64,000 bases of DNA from Phoronis australis (GCA_002633005.1 NMRA01000011.1:1128429-1192428); one strand, 5' to 3'; counted from the first letter of the stretch, positions 1-13,600 are shown. Numbers and translations: made by a program. Notes: generated by a model from the sequence alone, not told the origin.

Positions 1-622
1 TTCTTCAAACTCACGCCGGGTACTTTAGCCTTGGTTCGCAATTCCACTTTACAAATCTGCAGCTAAAGGGAGAACTGTAAGTCACGTTGCGCTAGTTTTA
101 AGGATTGAAGTATAAAAATTGAAACGAAATTCAATTCGCTGGACAAAACTAAATCGTCACAACCGTATTCAGCTGACGAAACATTCTCGCAGTGACTTGA
201 AACTCATGTAAACTGTCACAGTGCGTGACCACAAACTGTTTGTGTAGCGGCCGTTCAAGTTTTTTACAATAACAAAATCTCATTTTGGTAGAGTTAGTTC
301 CCACCTGTTAGTCGAGTTGTGATTAGCAACTAGAATGCCACTGATAGCTTTATCACGCGATAAAAGTAACGTTGTAGATTAAAAGTACTATAAATCATCC
401 TTCTGTTCAAAAAACTAATTTATGATTCATCCACTTACCGCTATATCAAAAGTGATTCCTGAGCTTGTCAAAAGAGAGAAGGCTTATACGTTCACTGCTT
501 ACTTAGCACAGTGGCATGACTAAGCTGGTCAGTGATGTGGCGCGTCTGGTCTCAGGCAGTAACGTAGGGCCAGGGTGCTTCAAGCCAGGGACTCGCCAAT
601 AATCTGAGTAATTTGAGACTAG

Positions 623-813
623 GGGCCCGTTTCAAGAAACTGACTTAAGTTCATTTTTGACATAAGTCTAAGATTTGTCTCAAATTCCAAACTTAAATCA
701 AACTTATAAGATCTCTTTCTGGAAACGGACTTGAGACAAATTTAAGTTTATCGAAAAATTGGCTGAAATTTAAGATTTGTCTTAACAAAGTCAGTTTTCT
801 TGGAACAGGTCCC
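623..813. mobile_element. MITE-like element with ~25-bp imperfect terminal inverted repeats (PIF/Harbinger-like GGGCCC ends)
   Basis: Left gggcccgtttcaagaaactgactt vs right aagtcagttttcttggaacaggtccc (revcomp gggacctgttccaagaaaactgactt). Internal inverted pair atttgtctcaa/ttgagacaaat. No clean TSD. Confidence 0.6.
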
Positions 814-3800
814 AGTTTTACAACGGTAAGTGGTTTAATCAAAACTTGTTTTTTTTTTCGACAGAAGACGCGTTTGCACATTTACGTTTAACAAAATTCG
901 CTTCAATTACACACGGAAAAAATTCCGCGGAATTTCACTTTTCGCATTATAATATCACAATCGGTTCTCAAAGGTCGAACAAGTCACAGGAAATGGCTTT
1001 ACACGCGCCATTTATACATTTTCTCTAAAACTCATGATTTTCAAGAAAGCAAATTAAAATAAAGCAAACAATTCTTACCAGGCCGCGCATTTGCACCTTC
1101 CACTTGGACGTCGGCATCCATTGCGTCTCAGGTTACCAGGTAACTAAAAATAAGCCAAGCACTTTGAAAGGTTCAATTTTATACGAAACGACAAGGAAAC
1201 ACACAACATCTTCGATGAATTTTGCTCCGAGGCAATCCTTAAACAACATTATGAAACAGATATTACAAAGGCTTTGTAATTACGAAGCTATTTTTATATT
1301 GCACAAAGATGTAATAATTATGGCACCAGGTCTCAGCCAGGGTTGAATTGTATGTCACTGATAGAGAACGCGTGACGAAGACTTCATCAAAAAATAATAC
1401 TGCGTATCCCCGTGTTTTACAAGACCACGAGAAAGTCATGACAATATCTTTGGGAAAACGGTCAAAATACCTCGATTCCCACGCAATTTAGGCTCTGCCT
1501 CGTCTTAGCGACTAAAAAGGTTTTAGCGTTTACTGACACGTCTGTATAATACACAAGCACGACACAAAATGACTAAAAGCATGAAATCGACACCGAAAAC
1601 TAAGGAAAATAAGGCGAGACCTCCTACACAGAGTGTCCGTAACAATCTTCCTAGCTAGCACTTGTCATAATAAAGTACAGTAACCACCCTTGTCATCGGC
1701 AGCCGACAACCAAAGGGCATTCGGTGCAACTGCTGTTAGAGCGCGCTTTTTGCACTTGCCATAATCAGTTTCAGTGTTGTCTGCTGACAGCGGTTAGAAA
1801 AAGCCTGACCAAAAGCGGTCGCGAACAGGAAACAATTCATTAAAAACTTGCGAGGTGGTGGTACAATGACTGCACTGGTCAGCTTGTTGTCATTTGTACG
1901 AGATGGTCCAAATGCGATACGTACACGAGTGTTACGGCGAAACTCGGCTGGAGTGAGTCAACGAGGGCGTTTTATATCATGTAACCTGTTTTTAGTCATA
2001 ATTTACCATGTATCATCAAAGCCAATTTCGGAGACCTAGCGAAAACCAGAAACAGAATATGATATGTGAAGGAACAGACATTTGTTTCCTTTCCAGTTTT
2101 TCAAGGAACCACGTGGTACATGAAACGTAGAGAGCCAAATATAAAAGTCGAGTTTTTACAACGGCAGAAGTTTCTGTAGTTTTTGACCCCCAAGCATTGC
2201 AATTCTCGCAAAGCAAAACACTGTATACACGTACTTAAAGATACCACGCAGTGAATTTAATCACGTTACACGACGGCGCAGCATCGTGCATCTGTCATTT
2301 TCGTTTCACGTGTCCTCAATGACCAATACAGGTCCTAACTTTTTAAATTGCATATATATATTCAGGATTTTTCCAGAGACTGTTAGCAGGGATTTTAATG
2401 AAAATAACAATATCCCACAAACTAACCAGCGTTCCATAAGATTACAGAATTTTTTGGCGTATAGAGTATAAATACAAAGACATGAAAGACAAATAATACA
2501 AGGCATTCTAAATCTCATCACACGGACGCACGCACGCACGCGCGCACAAACACACACACCCACCCCTCAACATACCCACCCACTTTAGCTAGGATGTTGT
2601 CAGGAAAAGTTAGGGTTAACCGGCATTAGTTTAAGTCACAAGGTTAACTAAAAGTATTCTTTCCATCAAAATTGCAAGAAAAATAGATGCACAGTTAACA
2701 AAGCACCACCTGTCGTGTGTAAAAGAAAAAAAAATCGGAACCTGAAGCCGACGTATTAATTATACTCAATATGCTTGCAAAGGTTTATCGCATTCACATT
2801 TTATTTGAAAGCAGCACCTTTTTGTGGTTGAAAGGTACATATTTGAGCAGGTAGAGGCCTCGAGCCAAAGCTCAGGGTCACTGTTTATTTTTTGTATCTA
2901 AACATACTATATACAAGGAACACTTTCTTACTTAATGACAGCATCCTCCAATGCTGTTCCGCGAGTAGATTAATTGTAAGCGTGTGAACGCGACCTCGGC
3001 CAAAAACGAAGTAGAAACTCAGAACTTGCATGCAGCGATCCTCAAATGAACCGTGAACCTACCGCAAGCTGGGATTAACCCGCATGGTTTTAGGCACATT
3101 GCCTTCGCATTTTATGCATTATATCTATCAGACAATCAAGAAACATGTTGACTTAAAACGTTACGTGGGGTCTTATCGGCTAGTCTATGTCTTTAGCCAA
3201 ATAGCTACAAAACTATAGATTTTAACTCAGAAAATGTACATAATTGTCTGAAAGTACAAACCCTGAAGGATTTGAATTGTGGGATTTGTTTCCGGTCCAC
3301 GAGTGAAAAAAATAAGTGCAAGTACAAGCGGATGTCTTTTGGTCCACGAAAAGCAAAACGATATGCTTGGAGACGAACATCTTTTGTCTCATGGTGTGGG
3401 AACACTTGCGTGGCCGTGAAGTATTCATTACTGTCCACAAAAAAGTTAGTGACAACCGACGTTAAAACGCTATACCAGGGTGATACAAGAGTCCTCGATA
3501 TCATCTGGGTGCCTAGTTACGAGACTATAAATGACGTAAACAATAGTTACTAATGCGGAATAGATATTAGTACTACAATCACCATCTTAAAATAAATACA
3601 GGTTCATTCCCGCAGAACATAATTTGCTTCCAGCATTTACAAAACGTAAGCGAAAGCGCTCAAAGGAAACTGTCATAAATCCAGTTTTCTCATAAGACAG
3701 CTGCCAGCATTTCATAGCTAAACAGTAACAAAGAATACATAAAACAACGAGCGCCTGGGGCGAGACACATATCTTCGACACACTTTTTAAGATTTGCAAC

Positions 3801-3819
3801 CAGCTAGTTTATAGCTATA

Positions 3820-4025
3820 CAGTGGCAGATCTACGTTTTCAGTAAGGGGGGGGGGGCGTTAGGATTCGAGCGAATCATAGGCGCGTAGCGCCGAGCGGAA
3901 GGAAGGTCGGGAGGAGGTTCCCCCCTCTCGTGTAAGATTTTTTTTGTGGTTTTTAGAAGCTGATTTCGTTTTTTCTGGCGAATTTTTTTTTTCAATTTTT
4001 ATTTTTGATCCTGTCCCGAGGGGGG
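3820..4025. mobile_element. Fragment of a CAGTGGCGGATC-ended non-autonomous DNA element, related to the right end of 48712-49655
   Basis: Starts cagtggcagatct. gcgcgtagcgccgag and aggtcgggaggaggttcccccc match the revcomp of 49520-49568. The right boundary is placed at the N at 4026. Confidence 0.5.
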
Positions 4026-4464
4026 NATTTCACATCATAAAGAGTTCCATAGCAACTCGAGTATGAGTGTCAGATTTGAGTACGTTTGGAGTCTACTCGA
4101 AATACGACATTAGATACACTTTTTTGAGTACGACTCCAGTGAGCACGATTTTGAGTATGAAATCTCGAGTATGAGTATGAGTCTGAGTACGGAGATTGGA
4201 GACCGGGCCCAGATGTCGTGTCTCCATGACGGTCAACAATGTACAAATCAATTTGACTTAAACTCTGAGCAACCGCGTCACAGCTGTAGGAGCACGTGTG
4301 AATATGTACTAGTTACTCTCTCGCATTACACGTGTTGAACAACTGGGAAACCGACCGTAGGATGTTTTTGAGGCGCGGCCATGTTGGTTACGCCTCCGCA
4401 CTTTCGTGTATTTTTCGATGCAGTCGCCGCAAAACTACACCCTATCGCAGCGCCATCTGTGCTC

Positions 4465-4527
4465 GGGAGGGAGGGAGGGGGGAGGGAGGGAGGGAGAGGG
4501 CGGGGGGAGGGAGGGAGGGGGGGAGAG
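4465..4527 (+). repeat. (GGGA)n purine tract, potential G-quadruplex/H-DNA
   Basis: About 60 nt of G runs (3 or more) separated mostly by single A, with one C. Confidence 0.85.
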
Positions 4528-5672
4528 CGTTTAGCAAACATCATAAATAAGGGGCCTCAAACTGGTTCTCAAAACCCAAGCTTTTTAGATAAAGTCTCCT
4601 AACTGCAGCTGAAACGAGACGGAATCATTTTTACACCTGGCGCACCCACTTGACAGCCAACTGAAATGGGTCGAGATCCTTCATTTTCTTTCTTTTACCC
4701 AGCGCTGCCTGCTGGCATGCGTGAGGCGCTGGTTTCAAAATCAGTCGGGCGCAGACCAGAATCAGATATGGTATTTTTGGCATGCTACAGAAGTTCTCTG
4801 GCCTTCTTGGCTATAATCACGTCATCAACAATAAGTGAAGCAGTTATTCCGATTTCACAAACGAAACCGCTAAGGTGGAAATCAAAGTTAAGTGTTTTTC
4901 CTTTCCCGCGCGACAGATAGTTAAGCATGAGCACCACTCAAAATGTAGTGTTCGCCCTCAGCTTCCAAACACTGGGGCCCAGTGAACCCATTTTCCAAAA
5001 TTTTTTATGTCCACTTCCAAATTATTGGAGTCCGTGAAAACCATCCAGAAATCCGACGATTAAAGTCGGCCTGTTGGTACTATCATCAACAGAAAACATT
5101 AAAAAGAAGACCACGGTAGAAAACAGAGTTTTTTTATTTATTTGATGTTATTACTCAAAACTTAAAATTGCGTCCAAGGTCACGCATCGATCAACTAAAT
5201 ATGCGCCAGACGACGGGAAAAACGCTGCCTCGACCGAACATAGAAAATAGTTTATTTGATATGCGAAAAAGTGTCGAATGCGGCATAGAATATTCGTTGC
5301 ATCCAAAATGAGTCTGCGCCGACAATGAAAAGTGGAAATTTTTTTTACCTACCGGGAGCGACCCGCTCCTTTCCTGAGGAATGGTTTCAGCGGGACAGAC
5401 GGAGCTTCCCGCTGTACTCTCGCGAAATACTATCTATTGTGCCTTCGGAGAGGTGTACAGAGCGAACTATACAACAGACTCCAAAATCTTTTCAAAATGG
5501 GTCTCCGATGATCAGTCATGGAAAACCTGTGCCGAATGAGCTGTTCACATGTGTTTGCCGCAAGCTGGCTCTGTTCCGTGATCTTCCTACCGAGCGGTGC
5601 TTACACTCTGTATGATGTCGCTGTTTATTTCACTGCATATTTCGCTACCGTCATGTTCAATTTACCAAGTGC

Positions 5673-5699
5673 CTGAGGATGAGACATGCGCTCTCGAAA
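5673..5699 (+). ncRNA. Degenerate minimal hammerhead-ribozyme-like core (Penelope-LTR type)
   Basis: CTGAGGA-T-GAGA-catgcgc-TCTC-GAAA gives both core motifs with a 4-bp stem II. Stems I and III are not convincingly intact. Confidence 0.35.
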
Positions 5700-6580
5700 T
5701 ACAACTATTTTAACTTATTTGTAATGCCCATTAACAATTTACTTTACAACTGCACGTCTGAAAGTTGTAAATAGTACAAAGTGTTTTGAGTGTCCAATAG
5801 AAAGTTCAATCGTATTTTAAATCACGTTTGTGTTAATGAATGGCTGCTACTGAGTGTTACGTGGGAGTAATGTGACCCTAGAACTCACGCATTGGCACTT
5901 TCAGTAGCCTCGTTTTCAGGTTCTTGTCTTTCATGCAAAAAAAAACAAAAAGCTGGTGTAATCTTTCAACTCTGGAAAAGTGGCACTGTGCAAGGAAGAT
6001 GCTGGGACACGGCGGAGATCCCGTCAGTGGGCATCAGTGCGCAGGTCACATTGGACGTTTGTTATACACAAACAGTTAGGGAATAAGCTAGACAAACATA
6101 GTACACCGTTCTGTTATTTTGGCTGTTTATTAACTGAAGCGGAATGCATCAATGTAGTCCGCGTAGTTGTTGCAGCAGCCGCAAGTCACAAACACATGCT
6201 CTCAACTTCCAACAAATTCCGGGTATTTCATCTAAGGCGGTGATTTAGTTTTTCAAATGCATTATGGGGCGGCTGTCGGCTCGTAAGCATCCGGTGACAT
6301 CACAGAAACTTGGTGACTTGAAAGCATAACGAAGGAAACAGCACTTGTCACATGAGCTCACCATAATCAAAAGCACGGGTCCACTGTAACATGCTCTTTG
6401 GTGCGAGTATCGCCAAACAACAATTAATATGTAAAACCTGTGGTTGGAAAACTGAAGTGGCGACCAATGTATTGATTGAATACATAGACTTTCAGTAAAT
6501 CGTTTGCGAGAAAGATTCGCTACATCCGAAAACGCTGAAGTTAAAGGGGAAAGCAGCCGTTTTTTATATTACCTTTGATG

Positions 6581-7281
6581 ACAACAGCAACGCAGAGCGT
6601 TGAAATGCGCCCACGAATGCACCGCAAATGGTGTTTTTAGGGCTGTTTATTTGTATCATAAAAATGGCCACTAGATGGCGCAAAATACGTCCAATCCATC
6701 CGAAAACGGGGACATGACACCGTTTTTTAATAGAAAGCTATTTTTTGAATCTCATAACAATCCATGAAGAAACTTCAAAGAAACAGAGGAAAATGAAAAT
6801 GAAATTGCCTCTAGGGGGCACAGCGTTCGTCAGATACGTCTGAAAGTCGTCGTCGTTCGTTGTAAACTTCATATGAATACATTTGCTAAATTTAATTGAA
6901 CATCCTGCAGAGTGTTTAGGAGATACAGCTATGAGTGCAAAAAACTGCCACTAGGAGGCGCCACAGTAGTCGAAGTCGTAGGAAAATCGTCAGCCCTCCT
7001 CTTTGCATTAGTAACATATATGCCAATTTCCACAATCATCCTTAGATTGGTTTGGTAAACAGAGGGGCAGATGCCAAAAAAAAGACTCGAAAACAGTAAA
7101 AATGGTCACGGGGTGACGCAAAATACCTTGAATTCAACCGAAAACCAGAGGATAGCGTCACCTCACTACTAGATGCCTATTTGTTAAATTTTATGAAATT
7201 CCGTTGAGAACCGTTGTAGATACAGAGGTAAACGTAAAAAACAAAAAAATGCCACTAGGGGGCACACCGATAGTGTGATCC
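6581..7281 (-). mobile_element. 5'-truncated copy of the Helentron/DINE-1-like element at 47726-50886
   Basis: Same terminus (acaacagcaacgcagagcgttgaaatgcgccc vs acaagggcaacgcggagcgttgaaatgcgccc). Five ~140-158 bp subunits A-B-C-A-B with CTCF-like motifs at ~6665, 6805, 6945, 7103 (degenerate) and 7249. Confidence 0.8.
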
Positions 7282-7819
7282 AAAATTATGTATTGCACCA
7301 CGCAAGTAAGTATACCGCCGATTAAAACTTTTATGCCGCGATCTAGTGAATCGTGCAGGCAGTTAGAGTGCTTGGTTCAACAACAATTAATGGATTCTCA
7401 ATGGAGAAAAAACACGTACGTTTCACAGACATAACAATGAGGCCCCGATTGGGTGAAAAATTAACGTGTCACCGCATGTGTTTACACTTAATTTAATTAT
7501 CCAAGAGGTTATCAAGTTCAGATAAAGCGTGTGTAACTGAAAATTACAGGCCATCTCTTGACCATGATTGAACGCGTTCGTTCGCAGGAAAAATGTTCGC
7601 GTAACTCTTAAAATCCCCATGACGATGGCGTTTTCCAGTTGCTTCCGTGGGGGGGGGGGTGCTCCCAAAAATTCGCTAATGGTCAACTCAAATTTTACGC
7701 AAAAGTTGCAAAGTTTTACATTCACTGTCGTTAGGAAACCATCCTCTGTTCTATTCACTTGATATTCAGAAAATCTCGAAGTCCGAACTTACATAATTAA
7801 TGTTCTGTTTACGAATTAC

Positions 7820-8467
7820 GAGTGCACCAAGCCTCAAGATTGCGCGGACCGGTTTAGCCATTTGAGGCTTGATGAGGAGATATCCTTTCTGCGCGCTGAT
7901 TGGCCGTAGACGACGTTCACCGCTGACAAGAGCGACACAAGAAACCCTCAAACACTTGAATCTCTGAACACTTAAATACCAGTTCTGGAAGATTCTTGTC
8001 TTTACTTTTTGATGCGATGATTTGATTATAATAATATTTTTTCCAGAAACTGAACAAAATCTAAACGTAGATTTGAAGTATTGTCACAGGCGCTGTAGTT
8101 AGTACCATTCGTGATTCGGAAGCACACTATACTATTTTCGTTATTGTGTGAAATAAGGTGCACGCATACTTATTGTCAAGTCTAATTTATCGAAAGCACC
8201 ATAGAAATTATCCTGCTTTGGAATTCAAATGCATCATTTTTCAACGATCTAATTCTGAGCAGCTGCATAAATACCGTTCGTTTTGATTTTTTGTATTATA
8301 CCACAGCAATTTCACAGGTGATATAACTTAATGTCACTCGCGATATTCCTGCGATTTCCGTAAAAACGTCTCCGAATTCTAAAACACGCAAGTGAATTTT
8401 AATTCACGTCAACAAGCCTCAAATGGCTAAACCAATCAGCCTCATCTTGAGGCTTGGGAATGCGGCT
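7820..8467. mobile_element. Non-autonomous TIR element (~640 bp), same family as the 22000-25040 host element, opposite orientation
   Basis: ~45-bp TIRs: caagcctcaagat..ggtttagccatttgaggcttg / caagcctcaaatggctaaacc..atcttgaggcttgg. Interior aligns to the revcomp of 22010-22515. Confidence 0.8.
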
Positions 8468-8696
8468 GGCGAGCACCTTGATCCCCTGCCACAATCATGT
8501 GCAAAATAGCCCTATTCAATAGTGCGGAATGGCGTCACAAAAAAGGCTATCGCGAAATTCTTGCGGCTCGTGGAATGGAAATACCATTTTTACTAGCAGC
8601 TCATCCCCAAAATTCAACATTCCAGCCGCACCGACCAATCACTCCTGTGACAATCATTTTGCCAGTGTAGGGTCGCGCGAAACACTCGCCTTTCAC

Positions 8697-8780
8697 TTGC
8701 ATGATCTTATGTGATTTTGCATGGCCTTGCGCCATTTTGTATGGCCTTGCGTGATTTTGCATGGTCTTGCGCGATCGTGC
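8697..8780 (+). repeat. 20-bp minisatellite, ~4 copies
   Basis: gtgattttgcatggccttgc-like units repeated with period 20. Confidence 0.8.
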
Positions 8781-9227
8781 TTTTCTTGCATAAAATGTGC
8801 TCCACGGAACGCAGTCCCAGTTAATAAGACATTAAATATGCAATGCCTCATTAAGTTGTGAATATGCAAATGAAGTACTAGTTTATAAAATACCCCGGGT
8901 CTTCTGGTGTGCTGGAAACCATCCGAGAACCAGTTAACATTACAATCTCGAGAAAGTCTCGTTTTCATACGCGCACCCAGCCTTTAATATGGGGGTGACT
9001 CGAATCTCTGACAACGTGGACCTTTTGCTAGCAAAAAAGCGGGAGCACAAAAAAATGTAGTACCACCTTCAGGTCTGTGAACTGTGCGTCTGCGCCTTTT
9101 TAGTGGACTTTCGTCTCCTTTTCTCGAACTTTTTGTTTCTCTGAGGCGGACCTTTTACCACTTCGAGTCCCCCTGGGGACGCGCATGGTTTTGCTAGACT
9201 ATTTTTATGTAAATGTGTATGGTAATA

Positions 9228-9495
9228 TGTCATCGTTACCCAAATGAAACAAGGCACACTTTTTATTATTTGTTCACTATCAAATAACAATTGCATAATA
9301 TTTGGAATTACTAGCGTTTTCTGTAAGGTTCCACGTGTTTTTAAATGTATCAGTTATGGTGTTTTCTTTAAACCGCAATTTATTTACACATTGTTTCTTT
9401 TCCCGATTATACTTGTACACACTATTCTCCAGGAAGTCACAAGGTGGCGCTTGCTACAAATTTAAATATTCATGGTTTAATGAGACACAGCTTCT
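9228..9495 (+). mobile_element. Solo ~270-bp terminal arm of the long-TIR element family seen at 28414-29588
   Basis: Aligns to 29314-29588. Ends gacacagcttct followed by TTAA (9496-9499). Confidence 0.75.
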
Positions 9496-9699
9496 TTAAC
9501 TGGCATTGTGCAACTAAATCTCGTGTACAATGGTTGCGGCTGAGTTCTGTAGACGCAACAATTTCGCGTGTAAGGATTGGTGTTATAGCGTGCTTCGCTT
9601 GACCATATTTCAGGAAGTCTTGTGTTTTCATGTATTGTTGGCCGCTGGAGGAAAGTGTCACCCTTAAATTGCGATAATAAATTTTGGAAGTAAAGACAC

Positions 9700-10530
9700 T
9701 TTCTCGCAGCTCATATGAAAAAGTTCACTCCCACCCATGACAGGAAAATTCTTTCTTGAATACAGTTGTTGATGACCACAGAGGCGTTTATGTAACACAG
9801 TGACAATATCTTTGGGGTGCATGCCAGTGAAGACAGGGGACATGTCGTTGGATGCGAGCACCAAGCCTTCTTCATGCAAAAAAGCTCTCACTTTGTCCAC
9901 TAAGTCCTGGGTGTTGACAACATGGTGAGTGTCTAACTAGTGGTGACAAAACGTCTGCAACAAATTTAGCAACACAATATATGACCAAGTCAGTGCTACT
10001 GATAACGAGTTGTATTGGCACAGATGTTGGCTTGGGGATTTTGGGAGACCGTAGAACAGTGCGATGTTAGCTTCTGTAGCTGGAGTTAGAAACCTCTCCT
10101 AATTATCGCTGTTCTTATCTAGCTGTTCACTTTACTCACAATCTCCTAAAACGTAGATCACGTTCTTGTAAGTTGTTGCGTGATGACCAAGACGTTTGTT
10201 CTTGTAGCGTTACTCATAAAACAGTATACAACACATTTGCCTTAAATATATGTTGGCAGTGGTCGATTTAGCGGGTGGCCAAGGAAGCCATGCCTCCCCC
10301 CTAAAATTCCCCCAGATTCCATTTGGCAGTTCGGGGGTGCGAATGTCCGACAGGCAAAATCCTGGCAAATACCCTGCCCTGGGCCTCCTAACTAAAAATC
10401 CTGGACCCGCTCCTGGTTGGTGAGTTCTTAAGAACAGTGCTAGAGGTCAGATCAACAGCTTTGCTTTCTTCTTTGCTTAGATGGGACTCTGGTAGCCTAC
10501 AATCCGCTAATTTGTGGTATACTTGACGTA
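9700..10530 (-). pseudogene. Decayed Penelope-like retroelement reverse transcriptase (N-terminal part), interrupted by a MITE
   Basis: Minus-strand translation across frameshifts gives RLPESHLSKEESKAV ... KGKCVV ... FYGLPK(I)PKPTSVPIQLVISSTDLVIYCVAKFVADVLSPLV ... HHVVNTQDLVDKVRAFLHEEGLVLASND.SPVFTG.HPKDIVTVLHKRL. This follows the recalled Penelope RT motif order SNLT.EE / ADKG..VV / FYGLPKIHK..PLRPIVS / LSPLV..HHV.NS.DFV..VS.DV..LFT. Confidence 0.8.
10257..10415 (-). mobile_element. ~160-bp MITE (CAGGGGCGGATCC...ATCCGCCACTG family) with 5-bp TSD GTTGG
   Basis: Revcomp-homologous to 18461-18616 and 29089-29249. gttgg lies at 10252-10256 and 10416-10420. Confidence 0.88.
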
Positions 10531-10532
10531 TC

Positions 10533-10683
10533 CATGGGCGGCGCACCATAGGGGGCTAGGGGGCTGTAGCCCCCACTTTTTTCAGTGCTACGCCGCACGT
10601 GGTCTATAGGAGGTGGACCGCAGGGGGGGGGGGCTGAAGGGGCTTTGGCCCCCCCACCTTTTTGCAGTGCTGCGCCGCCCATA
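10533..10683 (-). mobile_element. Dimeric CATGGGCGGCGCA-ended MITE
   Basis: TIRs catgggcggcgca / tgcgccgcccat. Two ~75-bp head-to-tail units. Revcomp-homologous to 43313-43463. Confidence 0.8.
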
Positions 10684-13600
10684 TCAGATAATCCACCTTA
10701 GCTTGTTCAAGTTCCGTTCGTTTTATAGACGATTCAGCGACAGTAACGACCTGGATCTGCAGCGATTCCGAGTGTCAATAAAGGTTAACCACAAAGGTCA
10801 GGGCTCTTTTGAGCAATCATGTTTCATGTTTAGTGATTGTTTGGGCACACTGAGATTCGGCCGACAACATACGCGTGACCTGTGCGATTCTAAATTTCCC
10901 ACAGTTTTCCTAAAAACCGACAGACACCACCAGATGTCTCAGAAGCTGGAAAAAGTCGCTAATAGTCGACGAACCACAGCCGACTTCTATTTGGCATGTG
11001 ACAAATGCTCAGCCGAGTCCTGGGACGCCCAAAGTTTCAGTGGTCCACCTAGACACCTGCAGAGGCCCAGCCAGTCCGAAACACGAATAGAATTTATAAT
11101 TAAAATGAACTGAGAGTGTCGCAAGAACACAAAAAAGCAAGACACCCGTTGAGAGACCAATTACCGGGCCCCTCTCGAAAGTGCTAAAAGATTACTTGGG
11201 AAGACATCGTTTTAACCGTTGCTGTGACAAGCTAACCACTGAGTTTGTTGCGGTTAGCCAAGCCTGAAATTCCAAAATTGAAAGCAGTGGCGAAATGTCT
11301 CTTTAAATTTACATTTCCTAGTAAAACCAGTGAAAATGGCAACAAGTCTCAAATGAAAAACAAAAGTAAACTACACACGTATACATGCAGTTCCCCCAAG
11401 TGCATTATGCCAGTCTAAAATCATTCACAACATTTTTTTACAATATTCCACGAGCCAAATACCTGAAAACGTCAAAAATAATAAACCGGGTGCGCCCACG
11501 TCCGAGGCATGATTTTGCTCAAATGGTGCATGTGCTTAGTTCCGGAAACAGACACATCTTCGAATAGAGGCGCGTGGCCTCAGAACACGCGTATACATGT
11601 ACGGTAATGCACTATAATTAGTTTTCACTCGAAGTGTTCTTGTTTGACTTACTCCTGCAGAGAACAACGACGGGATGGCTATTTGAGCCCCTCGGATTAC
11701 TAATTTTCACCCCCCCCCCTCCCATCCGGTCTTCACAATTCCTTCAGTCTCTTGATCGCCACACGTTTTGGGCTACCACACCAGTGCGAGATTAATTCCC
11801 TCTCTGAAAATGCCTTTTGACAAGCTGTCGCAAAGGTTCAGAGCGACATCTAGCGACCATGCTGTTGTTAATATGATCTTTGCAGTTGCGCTGCAGGCGA
11901 ATTTCAACACAGAATTTCCAACCCAACGATGTCTGACACTTGACGAGACCTCTACTCTCGACAGTGAATTTAATCACACCTGACGTCTTCCGGTAGGCTT
12001 TACTGTTAAGGTTAGCAAAACGTCGTCAGCACTTCGCCAAGACTAGTAGACAATATAGTCCAGCAGCAAATTAATGTATTGCATATTTGTATACGGATAC
12101 TTTCCTAATTGGTCACTCTATGCACTGCCACATCAGTGATCTGAGAAAGATAAGTATTTAGTCAGACGAAATACGTCAGCCGCCAGTTTCACACTTAATA
12201 TCAATTTTAGTTTCTTTTTCCTTCCGTTTTCAATTTAAAATTTTATAGTTTTAATTAGAAGTCGATGAGATCAGCTCTAAACTGCTGGAGTCATTATAAA
12301 AATTGTCGGTATGGGTGAATTGGCTCACAAGGCCTCAAGTCCATGGGCCAATTTGAAGGACCAGTGGGTGATGTTATTTTTGTCTTTTTCGCTTCCAATT
12401 TTAATGGGCGCGTTGGCCCGAGTTAGCAATCACAGTGCGTCAATGAAAATATTTTTGCGCCAATGACACGGGGCGCGCTTTTTTGTAACATTTATACAAG
12501 GACTTCAGGCTTTTACCAACGCGCGAGATAGTGAATGCTACGTCACTAATCAGAGCCTTAGTGGACTCAGTTCAGGTAAATCCCTGAGCTGTCCCATTTG
12601 ATGACTAGAGTTGAACTTGTGTCCCTACGCACATAAATAGCGCACTGATTGCAAAAGACAGTCCGTGTTTGACATGTTACCTCCTTGTCTGCCTACTCGG
12701 TAGCGCCCAAGCTGCAAGCACGCACGTCAAAGTCTTCACGACAACCCAACATACATGTATCCGGAAAAGTCGTAACGAATTGGTCGAGTTAGTGAAGATG
12801 GTAAAGGCAAAACATTTGTTCTACTTCACCGTGTATCATACTGTCCATTGAATGGTTAGCCGACATGTACAAATAATTTGCCGAGGTTGGGACACAAAGA
12901 GCCTGTCTCACTAAAACGTCGTAACATTACAACTGTCTTTTTAACTGACGCCATAATTTCAAATTAACCTGTGCTTCGATCGACATGTAAGTTCACGGGT
13001 TTTCTGAATTAAACGTCTCGCTTATACCAGTATAAAGTCTCAGAAAAGAAGCGACAACTTAGCTTCCAGTATGGGCTAAAAGTTCGTCCTTAGAATTGAG
13101 TTCTCGATCATGCATCGCATAAGATGTAAGACCAATACAAATACAAACTTAATTTCAAACTTATCGTATGGTAAGGCTCACTTATTGAGCAACATATGTT
13201 TTCAAAAATCCCATCGTAAGGCCTTCAGTACTCGTTACATCAGCTAGAACTACAACTGTTCACAACATGGTCAATTTGAAAAACAATCTCTGAAATAAGA
13301 ATTTAGCAACAAACAATTAAACAAGTAATAACATACGCACAAGAACAGCATGCTAAAAATGAGCACGTCAGGTCTACGGATATTATCATGTCTTCAAGCA
13401 GGTACAGATGATGCCTTGAAAACACAAGGCAGAAGTATGTGAACGATTCTCTTACTGTTTCACTCCATTCCGGCGCAAACTTTCACGTGACGAGCTCGCA
13501 AAATTGCAGAAAATTTAAAAATGTTTCTACAACTTTTTGCGATGGTAAATTCGCTTACCAGACATGGTTTCAGGTTATAATTATTAATGACTCATTGCGG

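Noticed and set aside
4326-4602. Pro-rich and Gly/Arg-rich ORFs
   Set aside because: They are translations of the GGGA tract.
10613-11113. 166-aa ORF, second longest in the track
   Set aside because: It starts at a non-ATG codon inside a MITE and has no recognisable motif.
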